DNA from: Chrysomallon squamiferum
Taxonomy: Eukaryota; Animalia; Mollusca
DNA: 64,000 bases
NCBI GenBank assembly: GCA_012295275.1
Contig: CM022669.1
Coordinates: 12,958,001-13,022,000, forward strand
Direction: 5' to 3'
In this document: piece after piece, positions 14,223-27,181 of the stretch
How the letters are laid out: each line of letters opens with the position of its first letter
How positions within the stretch are numbered: the stretch's first letter is position 1
Translations under genes and position numbers: made by a program
The notes under the pieces: generated by a model
Database searches by the model: none
Seen by the model: only the letters and a program-made list of their open reading frames with translations
Told to the model about the DNA's origin: nothing

Positions 14223-15060
14223 CTACTTCAAGCAGCTACTTCAGTGTGTCCTCTTCTGTATCTGGATTAACTAAAATAAGAATTGTACTTCAAAGTGCGT
14301 TGCAAGTGAATAAACAAAAATGACAGTTCTACTTCAGCATGCGGTTTTACAAAGCATTTAAATTAACACTACTTCAGTGTGTTGTGTAACAGAATGAACT
14401 AAATTAAGAACTGTACTTCTGTCTTTGTGGTAACTGAATAAACTAGAATAAGAACTCTACTTCAGTTTGTACTAATTGAATAAACTGAAAATAAGTAGTC
14501 TATTTCAGTACGTGTGTCGTAGCTGAATAAACGAAACTTAAAATACTACGTCTGTTTGTATCTTTTTTTTCTTTTTTTCTTTCTTTTATGTCTTTTCTTT
14601 TATTATGGTTAACTGAATAAAACTAAAATAGGAACTACTGCAATCTGAGAAATAACTGAGTAAACTAAAATAAAAAGTCTACTTCAATCTTTGTTGTAAT
14701 TGAATATACTAAAATAAGAATTCTATTTCAGTCTTCATTGTAGCTGAAAAAAAAGAAGAAAAACACCAACCAGACATAGGAATTGCACTAAGCTATAACT
14801 AAATAATCTGAAATAAAAAAACAACAAAAAAAACCTTCAGAATATTCAGAACACAGTTTTAAAACACTACTTGAGCGTGGGTTGTAAACAAGTAAACTCA
14901 AATAAGAACTCTACTTCAGAATGCTCTCTGGGAACACATTTTAAAAAAAGACTACTTCAAACTGTGTGCTGTATGAAACTCAGCAAACTCAAATTAAAAA
15001 AAAAACTCTACTTCAGTATAAAATGAGCTGTAACTGAATAAACCAAAAATAACCGCACTC
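14223..15060. repeat. Degenerate ~44-bp minisatellite, about 16-18 units, consensus CTACTTCAGT-N(~8-12)-TAACTGAATAAACTAAAATAAGAACT
   Basis: CTACTTC-like anchor at 14236, 14285, 14329, 14369, 14413, 14457, 14500, 14546, 14635, 14679, 14723, 14867, 14911, 14952 and 15008. Confidence 0.9.
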
Positions 15061-15364
15061 TTCTTTGAGGAATTTTCTTACTTTGTCGAAAGAGTTGGAA
15101 GAATGAGACGGCGCCAGTATTTTATTAGGCTGAGTTTTTTTTATTAGCTGTTTCATTTAGTGTCTTGATAAATGAAATTTACGCTTTCGGCTGGTGCTGA
15201 AATATTGCAGAGAGATAAATTAGTCACAGAAATCTCAGACTACTTCTGCTGCTTGTTTCTGCAGTCTATGGTGGCTGCTCGCGATTTTGGTCGACGTTAC
15301 CGACTGCGTTCAGTGTTTTTCTGTATCTTTTTCTTTTCTTTTTTCTTTTTTCTTTCATTTTATT

Positions 15365-15427
15365 ATTTTTTTTTCATTTTTTTTTTTTTTTTTTTTTTTT
15401 GAGCTTTAATAATTTCGTTTTGCCTTT

Positions 15428-15459
<32 letters not shown>

Positions 15460-15649
15460 CATTTTATTATTATTATTTTTAATTTAATTTTTTTTGTTTT
15501 TTTTTAATTTTTGATTTGATTTTTTATTAATATTTATTTATTTATTTATTATTAATGTTTTTACTCATTTTTCTTTCCTTATTATTTTATTATTATTGTT
15601 TTATTATTATTATTTATTTTATTTATTTATTTTATTATTATTAATGTTG

Positions 15650-15731
<82 letters not shown>

Positions 15732-16018
15732 CCTTTCCTTTCTCTCATTTTTCTTTCCTTCTGTTTACGTCTAAGTTTTATGTAGGTATATATTTTTTTT
15801 TAGTCTGTTTTGTTTGCTGTGTTATTTTGTTTCCTACATTGTATTTAGATTTTGTTTTTCTAGGTTTTCGGTTTCGGGAATGAAAAGTTTTCTCATCGAC
15901 TGAATAAAAATAACTTGATCACTGTTGTTGTTTTCTTCTCTGACTAATCACCTTAACATTTCGTTTGTCTCTCATTACGAGAAACAGTGTCTGTGTGTGT
16001 CTGTGTGTGTGTGTGTGT

Positions 16019-16085
<67 letters not shown>

Positions 16086-16174
16086 TGTGTGTGTATCTGA
16101 TGATACACAAAAACAAAGATGTTCGCCTTCGCACACACACATACACACGCACACACACTCTCACATACAGTGGA

Positions 16175-16226
<52 letters not shown>

Positions 16227-16380
16227 CGATTATTATTTTTATTATTATTGTTATTGTTATTGTTATTATTATTATTATACGATTATTATTTTTATTATAT
16301 TGTTATTGTTATTGTTGTTATTATTATTATTATTATAATTAGTATTGTTATTATCATTATTATTGTTGTTGTTGTTGTTA
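15365..16380. repeat. Low-complexity block: poly-T, (TTA)n, (TG)n, (TTA/TTG)n
   Basis: Directly visible. Confidence 0.9.
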
Positions 16381-16486
16381 GTACATATGTTTTCTATTGC
16401 TTTGTTCATATATAATGATGTTATAAAAGATAAAATAAAATAAATAAAAATATGTTTTTCTTAATTTTATTTTATTGTTATCTGAT

Positions 16487-16537
<51 letters not shown>

Positions 16538-17484
16538 TGATGGTATGGGGGGGTGAGATTTCTCTGCACCAGCCGCACACTCGCAGAATGTATATATCAT
16601 TATCATTCTCATCTCGGAAAATAAACACAATGTCGCCAGCGATTCTCAAACCTATTACTCACTTGAAGCAACTGTTAGCGACATTAACAGTTTCTGTTCC
16701 AGCGCTGAGTGTCCGAAACAGCAAACAGCAATAAATATCAGCTCAGCTAAAATAACGCGATGTGCAGAAAATGGACAGCGGATATGTTTTGACGAAAAAT
16801 CGACGAAATAATCGTGAGCCAATTAGTCGTTTAGTGTTAATGCAAATATAATATCTGTTTACGTTTGGGATGCATTGCATGAATTTAACACTTGTGAATG
16901 AAAGGAGTTAACTAAGCAGAAGATACCAAAAAAAATAAAAAATAAAAATATGAGTACTTTTGGGATGATGGCTTGTTCACATGTGCAATATTAAACACAT
17001 TCATAATACGACTATAACCGTGTATGTTATCTGAAAAACTAATAATAATAATAATAATAATAAAGGGAATAGCTCATCTTTTTTTTTTTCTATTTCTAAA
17101 TAGTTATACCATCGCCATTTGCATGTATTTGTAATAACTGCAAATGAGGCTTGATTAATTTGGGTATTAAATTACGTGATATTATCAGGCGATTGATTAA
17201 CGTCAGAAACCTTGGATTTATTATCATGTTCTTAATCCAGTATTTTCATTTGAAAAAAGAAATAATAATAATAATAAAAATTTCCCCCGGAAGTCATTCA
17301 ACTTTAAGCTTCATTAGATCCGAAGTGGGCGGCTCAATCAGCAAAAGGAAAAGTTATAATCATGAATATTTGGATTAATACGATGTTTATAAAGGAAATA
17401 CGTTTATTAAGAAATGGATTATCCTTGGCTATTGTTCTTTTTTTTAAATTTATCTAGTTTTCCCTTAGGTATGGTTCCAAATGT

Positions 17485-18037
<553 letters not shown>

Positions 18038-18439
18038 ATATCATTTACAACGTTTCCTTTAAAATTACTTAAATCTATTACCTAAGCACCCTTCCAGTAT
18101 ACGTCGGTTGATGACCTACAAAACACGAACAAAAATCAATGTGATCCATATGGATAACGTTTCGGATTTCGTATTACTAGAACAAAGAGCGTCGACAAAC
18201 TTAGATTACATAAGCTTAAAACAGCAAAACTGTGTCGACGATCGGTCGAAATCTCATCCGGATTAAGAAACCATTACCAGTTGCGAGAAAGCGTCGATTT
18301 GAGCAAGTTCCTTTAATAAAGTCAAATAACAAAGCTATTGAGACCAAGAGAAAGAAAAAAAAAACTCATAAATAAACCCAACTTTGAATTAAAGCAAATT
18401 ATAGCCAGAGAGAAGAATGTCTTTTTGTTTTCCTTAAAA

Positions 18440-18486
<47 letters not shown>

Positions 18487-18859
18487 GAAAAAAAGAAAAT
18501 GATTTTATTCGCAACTTCAACAGGAGCTCATTTAAGTCGACCTAATGTTCTTCCAAGTTTTCTTTTATTGAGTAATCGATCGACAATTGAAGGCGAAATG
18601 AATGCCGCCTGAAACTGAAAGCAATAACAGAGACAGCGATAAAGGTTCGACATCGACGTCCGAACCCAGATAGGCAAGCGCAATAAACCCTCGTAATAAA
18701 CACAGAATGTAAACTACTAAAACAAACACATTCGCTGTAAAGCAGCGTGTAAAGAAATGTATTTCCTACCAGTCCAATATACTCTTCACGAAATCGGAGT
18801 CAGAACGAAATAAAACATTGAAATAAAAGTGGATATTAAGAAATAACATTTCCATCCAT

Positions 18860-19162
18860 TTCAATATTGAAACGTACCGCTAAACCAAAACCACTTCGAG
18901 ACGGCGTAAAAAGAAATATTTTTCAAATCAGTACGGGCGTAATATTTAATGTAGGAAATTGCAACTGGATGAAATATCCCTACTCAGAATGAAAGCAATG
19001 AAATAAAACGACATATTAAGAAAATGCTTTTCCTTCGAAGCAATATTTGAAACATACGCCAAGAAGATACTTTTCTTTCGAAGAAATATTGAAACGTACT
19101 CCAAAAAAACACACAAAAAACAAACAAAAAAAAACAACGTTTCTATTGAAACGTACGCCAAA
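18860..19162. repeat. Short degenerate repeat TATTGAAACGTACGCCAA, about 4 copies
   Basis: Copies near 18865, 19045, 19087 and 19144. Confidence 0.7.
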
Positions 19163-19508
19163 AGTGCGCTCTGATTTCTCCCGAAATCAATGCAGTTTGT
19201 TGCGAAGGGGTAAGTTATGATGTCGTTTTGCAATTAGCTGTGTAGCAAAATTGCCCAATTAAATCGACAGCGCTCTCTCGTTTAACTCGCATTCATCTTT
19301 TAAACTGCCCTGGGCCTGACTGTAATCTGATCTTGCAGGACGTATTACCTCAACCGAAACAACAAATGTGCAGTTTTTGTGTCACGTTGTGAGATCTCGG
19401 GCCTGGTTTATGAGAACTAATTTAAATGTAACTGGTTCAATCGGAATTAGAGGTAAACTGGGCCTTGAGCAAAATACACACAAAAGACCCTCTGTGTCTG
19501 TGTAGGTG

Positions 19509-19547
<39 letters not shown>

Positions 19548-19986
19548 GTGTGTAAAATATATCAATCATCATCTTTTATTCTGATCATATCTGTAAGTAT
19601 AACTATGCATATATATATATAGGTATGTTTGTATATATGTTTGGCTATATGTACCTATGTATATGTATGTATGCATCTGTATATACGTATGTATGTATGT
19701 ATGTATGTACGTGTGTATGTATGTATGTATGCATGCATGTATGTTTGTATGGATGGATGTATAAATGGATGGATAGATGGATGGATGGAAAGAGGAAAGA
19801 AAGAATGAATGAATGAATTATAGATACATACGTACAAACCTACGTATAAACCTACATACATAAATCTACCTGTAATATTATATAGAGATATATAGATAGA
19901 TAGATGGATGGATGGATAAGTAGATAGACTGATAGACATATATACTGATACACAGATAGATAATTGTATATACGTGTGTGTCTGTG

Positions 19987-20028
<42 letters not shown>

Positions 20029-20469
20029 ATACTAATAATACACAGAAACATACATATATGTGTACGTAGGTTTGGATGTATGTATGTATTATTATCTATA
20101 TGCGTGTGTGACTGTCTGTGCATTATTACAGATGTATGTATGTACGTAGGTTTGGATGTATGTATATATAAGTACCAATCATGTCTATGTGTATATCTGT
20201 CTGTCTGTGTCTGGATGTTTGAATGCGCAGCCAGCACTTATACGCAAACAAATTCACAGCAGAAAATTCTTTACTGCATAGGAAAAATAAATCAATTAGC
20301 GTCCTTTCAAGTTACAGCTCCCCGTGGAATGTATAACATAAATTTCCATTTAATCCCTGATCCTGAAGTCTTTTAGCTGTGTCAGTCTGCAGTGAACCAC
20401 GCAGTTAGCAAACTTCCATAGTTACTGTGTCTAACGAGTGATAACAGTCTTTAATCTGTCACGAATCAT

Positions 20470-21100
20470 TTAATTATTAACATTCAGCTCTTTCTAATCG
20501 GTAGTTTAATTATCATTATCATTTTCAGTTATTTTTCATTCAGATGTTTCTAATGGTCAGTTCTTGTAGGTTTTTAATTGTCGTTATCATTTTCTGTTAT
20601 TATCATTCAGATGTTTCTAATCGGTAGTTTGATGTTTTGCTATCATTCAGATAGTTTAATGGTCATTTTATCTGTAGTTTTTTTTTTTTCAGTTGTTATC
20701 ATTCTGATGTTTATAATGGTCATTTCTTATCTGTAGTTTAATTATCATTATCATTTTCAGTTGGTATCATTAACTTATCATGTTATTATCATTTTCATTT
20801 TATACTTTTCATTGATTTATATTTATTAGTTAACCTTATTTAGTTATCCACATTATATTTAATTATCTTTCAGTTATTATCATTAATTTCAGTTTGTATT
20901 ATTCAGTTACATATACTAATGAAAGACACTATTTTGTTTTTCTCTTTTAACAATCTCACAGTTATTATCATATTATTTAGTTATCATCAGTTATTTATTT
21001 TCATTTACTTGCTATAAATGACTTGTACTCGCTGCTGTTATTCAGTTATCCCTAATTATAATTATCTTTATTCAGTTATTTACTCATTTTAATTATCACC
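20470..21100. repeat. Degenerate minisatellite built from CATTCAGATGTTTCTAAT / TTATCATTTTCAGTT modules, decaying toward the 3' end
   Basis: CATTCAGATG-like module near 20481, 20537, 20604, 20645 and 20700. Confidence 0.8.
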
Positions 21101-22040
21101 ACAGAACAATGTATCATTATTAATTTTAATTACCATTATTTAGTTTGATTATATCACTGAAGCGTACAAGCCATTCGATATTTCCCAAAAGGATTTTTTT
21201 TTTTTTTTTTTTTCTTGAATCAGAAATTAACGGGTTCATTAATTAATATCTTTTCCCCGCTATTGTCAAGTGCTTGTAACGGTCAACGAGAATAATAAAA
21301 CTAATTAGCGAGTATTATGGAGAGAGAGAAAAAACATATATAAAAGAAAAAAAAAAGTACCTCTGAAACCGGGTTTAATATGAACTGTATAATCAAACAC
21401 TTTACACGCCCGTTGGGTTAATTAATGGAAGTTCCCAACCACTGGGACAAGTTCCATTAGAGACTCGCTTCCGCTCTCTAAAAGACCTGGACACCTCCAG
21501 AGGCGTTTCAAGATGACTCCTGCTCTAAAGAGAATTAGATGATCATTGTGCGCTAATTTCATGCGCTGCCAAGCTCCGCGGATTAATTCAATCTACGTAA
21601 GTGCAGACCTGCACACGCTCACAAGCACACACTCTGTGTGTGGTACAGTACAGCAAGAGAGAAAAACAACAAGAAGGAAATAACCCGGTTTAATATTGCA
21701 TCACCGGATCCCTGACCTATTGGTACTTGGAATTGGAATGCAAATGGACAGAGTAGGTAAAGAAGACGGGATAATGTATGGAAAGTGGAACTGATAGTAA
21801 GTGTAGAGGATGGACGAATGCATGGACAGATGGATGGATGGATGGATGGAAAGAGAAAAGAAAGAATGAATGAATGAATGAATAATGAACGAAATAATAA
21901 ATTAATTTTTTTATTTAAAAGACATATTAAGACTGTGATATTAAAGATTACAACGTGTTGGTTATGCATTTTATTTGTACCGATTTGAAAAAGGAAACAC
22001 GATATATATTTTGCCAGTAGTTTTTATTTATTTCTAGCAT

Positions 22041-22071
<31 letters not shown>

Positions 22072-23639
22072 ATCCCTCCATGCACTTATTCATAGTCAGC
22101 AAAGTGTTTTTCATAAAGTTGCTGCTGGAACAGAACTGTGTTATGCTCGACTCATTATACAACACATGCATTATGCATCCACACTACCTAACCACTGAGT
22201 TTTAATAGCAAGCTGTCGCTGTAAACAGACAGACGGATGCATAGAGGAGGACTGGTGCTTCATACATGGCAGACTGTGGTTCAATGGAGGGAGGGATGGA
22301 TGGACGTATTAATGGATGGACGAATGAATGGATGTATTGATGGATGAATGGACGGTTGGATGCATAAACAAATTGAAATGACAGATAGAAGTAGGAATGG
22401 ATGTGTGGATCGCCGGATCGATGGATGAAGCAATAAAATGAAAGGTATTTTGATAATTAAATTACCTGATTAAAGCTCCGACATCTGTAAAGGACGCGAA
22501 CTAATTAATCAAGAAGCAGTAAGTCACTTTTCATGGCTCGGCATTGTCATATCTCAGAGAAAAATTCAGAGATAAAATTTTTTAAGAAACGGGCAATCCC
22601 ACTGAAGAAGGCTTAACTCCAAGCTGCCATAAAACGTACACGGTAACAGTTCCAAAGTAAGACACGAAATGGAGAAGGCAATTTGATTTCTATCGAAACT
22701 GTATCTTCCGTCACTCGATGCTAAATGTGACCTAAAACAGACAAGCCAGAGGTCATCGATCATCAAGTAATTACGAGAGCAGAGATCGCCACGTTTGTTA
22801 TTTAATGACTGTCGGGAGCGACTTGCTTTCTCTCCAGCTGGCAGAAATGTAAAAGGAATGTACTGTGGTTCCTTGGTTAGCGCGTGAGACTGATGTGTGA
22901 AATACAAGGAGTGAAGGACAGCCGGATCGATGCCAGTTGACAGATATTTTAGAGAATTAGCTCTATTTCTGTTATTTTGATGCAGGAATGAAGCGCGATA
23001 TTTCACAGGATCGATTCTTGTTGGTGCACACTTTGAGATATTTCCAGTTCCAGATTGTTAAAACCGTTTCTTCTATTCTCAATCGAAGTCCCATGCAAGA
23101 CTGATCTATCAGAACCTATATTCACATTTACTGCAAGATGCATAAGGATTAGTGATTCACCATTTGATTCTCTATAGTCACTCAGACATAAGAAAAAATA
23201 TCTCTTAGAATTAAGTATATAAAAGTACAAACATTCGTCATTTTTAACAAATTGTTCTGTCATGGGTTAAAATTTTATCGAGTCATTTATTTACTTTCAG
23301 AAACGTTCTGCATTTTATTACGTATCATTTAACAATCCTTTTGGTTTAAATAAACAAAGTACGTTATAAATCAATTTATATGAAATAAAAAAGCAACAAA
23401 AAAGGAAAACAAAACAAAATCCAAACAGGTTTAATGATAGCTTATCAGTCTAAATGCATTACTTATCATGTTTAGATATAAAGACCAAGCATCGAAGCTG
23501 TAATTTTATTACATTAGAGTAAAGATGTGTTTCATGGAGACTGAGAAGAAGACAGACTTTCCATATGTATGATGGTGTCTGGATGAACTTAGCGTTAGTG
23601 CAACCCTACCGGGTCCAAGAAAACATTACTTGTTTTCAG

Positions 23640-23935
23640 ATTATGAAGGTTATGATGATAAAGATGAGGATTATGTCGATGATGGTGATGATGGTGATGA
23701 TAATGATAGTGATGACTGTGGTGATGGTGATGTCGGTGTTGGTGTTACTGATAAACAACGAAGACGACAAATATGATGGTGATAACAGTGAAAATGATGA
23801 CGTATGCTGGGTGTTGGTGATGGTGGTGATGTTAATGATAATGATGATGAATTATAATGATAATCATAATGATAATGATGCTGATGACGCAGCGATAATA
23901 ATTATGATAATGATGATGAAGATGATGATGATATT
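23640..23935. repeat. Degenerate (GAT)n/(GGT)n microsatellite
   Basis: Explains the M/D/V-rich ORF 23565-24011. Confidence 0.9.
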
Positions 23936-25698
23936 GACAAATATGAAGTTATGTTTTATGGTAACAAAAGTGCTTACGATGATTATGGTCATAACACTTG
24001 ATACAGAATAACACAATGGCATATCTAGTTTTGAATGCCTTGTCTGATCAGAAAACAGCGATATCTTTAAACGACAAACTGAACACATTCGCTTTCTCTG
24101 AACAGTCGAGACTTGAACCTTCGAAAAGATTTACCGCTTGACTGGAATAACGTATGACTTACATAGTATTGATCAGTATCCAATATTCCACGTAACACTG
24201 AAAATTTGAATTTTCATTTTCTCTTGGAAGAGTATTTTAATTCATTTTTTTTAGAAGAAAGTATTTACAGGAACGACATAAATTTTCAGAAACTCGTCAT
24301 TATAAGACGGAAGCAGCTGAAAATGATTACATCAAGTCCACATCGTAGGCAATAAAAGCAACCAATATAAAAAAAGAAAAGAAAAACGAAACAGAAAAAG
24401 AAAATCGAATTTCTTGATTACAGAGCAATACAAAATTATTTCTTTTTATCAATAAGCATTATACATTATTTCCTCTAGGTCTGCACGATGCACTTTATTT
24501 CCTTTCTGTTTTTACCTACTTCATGACATCATACAGAGGCTGACCTACTACGTGACGTCATGCAGCGACAGTGGAAAGCGGCTAGATGTCACACGAACTA
24601 ATAAATGCTAGATTAATAAAGCATCTTGTAATGGATATAACTAAGCATACTTATTGATTTCACTTCACTGAGTCAGGCCGTCTGTTAAGCCCGCACCCCA
24701 ACGTCATTTGCATGTAAATTGAATTTAATCAGCGGCGGCAATAGAGAATGGCAAAAATGCCGTTAAGAAAATCGTCTCCAAAACTTCAAGATGGGTCTTC
24801 AGAATTGGCACCGCTCTAATTACGTTCTGTTAGATTTCATTGTCCTATATAAAGAAACTAGGTCATAATTAGGTATTTACATAAATAGGTGTTTACATAA
24901 ATAGGTTTTGGGCTGGATGTACTGATGTTAATTGTTATTTACTCTAATCCTACTTATATTTCGCACAAGTTAATGTGATTACAAAATATAACATTTCTTA
25001 TATAAGGATTTCTCATACTTTTTAAAATTATATTTATAATTTTCCTTATTTTATTTATTTTTTCACCGATTAATATTATTAGAATAAGTATTCAGTTAAC
25101 TGATTTAATAGTTAACTGAAAAAATATAATGATTATTTCTGAACTTTCTCTCAGTTTTATCAGTACTACCATTTCCTTAAACAAAACAGTAATTATCTAG
25201 ATATAAAGTAGCTTAAAACAACGGTTAAACTGATATGAACATTGTGCGTTATCCATTACCATTACTTACTGTATTTAAGGCACCTATATCAAGATAAGTT
25301 TAAAACACATTGATCTCAGACGGAACCATTTCCTCCCATGGGACAAAAACAGTCTCAAACGAAAGTAAACTCATTACTCTAAACACTAGAACACGAAGCT
25401 AAATAGAGTTATTTTTGTTAGGTTACTGAAGCTACTGTTGTTGTATACATACATACATACACACACACATACATAAATAAACACATACATACATACATAC
25501 ATAAATACATACATATATACATAAATACATACATAAATGCATACGTATATACATTTTTACACACACACACACATATAACGTAATTTTGTTTTATTATTAT
25601 TACTGTTATTATTGTTGTTATTATTATTGTTGTTATTATCATGGTTATTATTATTGTTGTTGTTGTTGCTATTGTTGTTGTTATTATTAGTAGTAGTT

Positions 25699-25732
<34 letters not shown>

Positions 25733-26249
25733 CAGCAGTAGTAGTAGCAGTAGAAAAAACATATCAATTTCGGATCCTCAATTAGATTTACTTTTCCTTC
25801 AGTAGCTTTTATGAAATAACATCAACAGTTGTCCGTTAATACGAGACCTAATGAACATCTCATTATGAAACACAGACACCAGCAGAGAGATTTCACGTTC
25901 ACAGGCTTTCCAAACACCCTCAGCCCACACTCTGCCTACACAATGCTATCACAGTATCTGAGTGCAGGTGCAAAGCTACGCAAACACGTGATGACAGGGT
26001 TATCAGAGAGACACATATGAAGAAGAATTCCACGAGAAAACCAGAGACCAGATATCACTTTGCTTTTTTACGCCAGCGTCAGTTCAAGATGTTTTCTCTG
26101 CTGGGAAATCAAATCACAACATGTCAGAAATCAAATATAACAGCTGAACATTGTTTCAGGTGTTTTGTTTTTAAACAGGTGACAGGTGAAGATTCTCAAA
26201 TAAAAATAAACTATATTTATCTATCTATCTATCTATATTTATATATATG

Positions 26250-26254
26250 CACAC

Positions 26255-26346
<92 letters not shown>

Positions 26347-26560
26347 GCACACACATGTAACAACCAGAACAGATTTATTAGATATTAGAGATACCACTTC
26401 TGATATCTTATTAATTTAGACACATTTTTTAGACAGAAGTAGCATACTACAGTGGTAGTTCTTGTACTAGAATCAGTAGCTGTAACAATAATAGCAATAC
26501 CATTTCACAATAATGATGATCACAAACAATAATAACAGTAGAAGCAGCAGCAGCAGCACC

Positions 26561-26632
<72 letters not shown>

Positions 26633-26693
26633 AGTAGTAGTAGTAGTGGTGATGGTGGTAGCAGCAGGAACAAAAGTAACGGTAGCAATTACA

Positions 26694-26734
<41 letters not shown>

Positions 26735-26735
26735 T
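26250..26735. repeat. (CA)n, (TAG)n and (TAA)n microsatellites
   Basis: Directly visible. Confidence 0.9.
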
Positions 26736-27135
26736 ATATTAAATTAAATTAAATTAAAAATATTAAAAATATTAAACCAAAAAGTTTAAAAATTTAAAGT
26801 TTATAATTATAATAATACCAAAGACAACAACAACACTGAAGAAGAAGAAGAAGAAGAAGAGAAAAAGAAGAGACGTTCTACTTGGTGAACCTAAGTCAAT
26901 AGGATGTATCTGAAGACCTATGGAGATCAGTAATTATCATTAACAATGGCAGTGTGTTGTGTTTGTTTTGTAATTAAAACGAGCTGAGAAAATCTAACAA
27001 CTGTACACAGTGAACCGACCCGTATGGATTAAAGTTATTTAAGGTTAAAATCGTTAGTTGTTTAACGATTCGATGTTTCAAGAAACCGATAGTTACGTCT
27101 ATACAGTTATAGGTAAGTACGTACGTATCTATATA

Positions 27136-27181
<46 letters not shown>

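Noticed and set aside
14223-15060. CRISPR array
   Set aside because: Repeats are degenerate, the variable parts are only ~10 nt, there are no cas genes, and the context is eukaryotic.
22412-22932. 12-bp direct repeat GCCGGATCGATG as a target-site duplication
   Set aside because: No terminal repeats or tail between the copies; compatible with chance.
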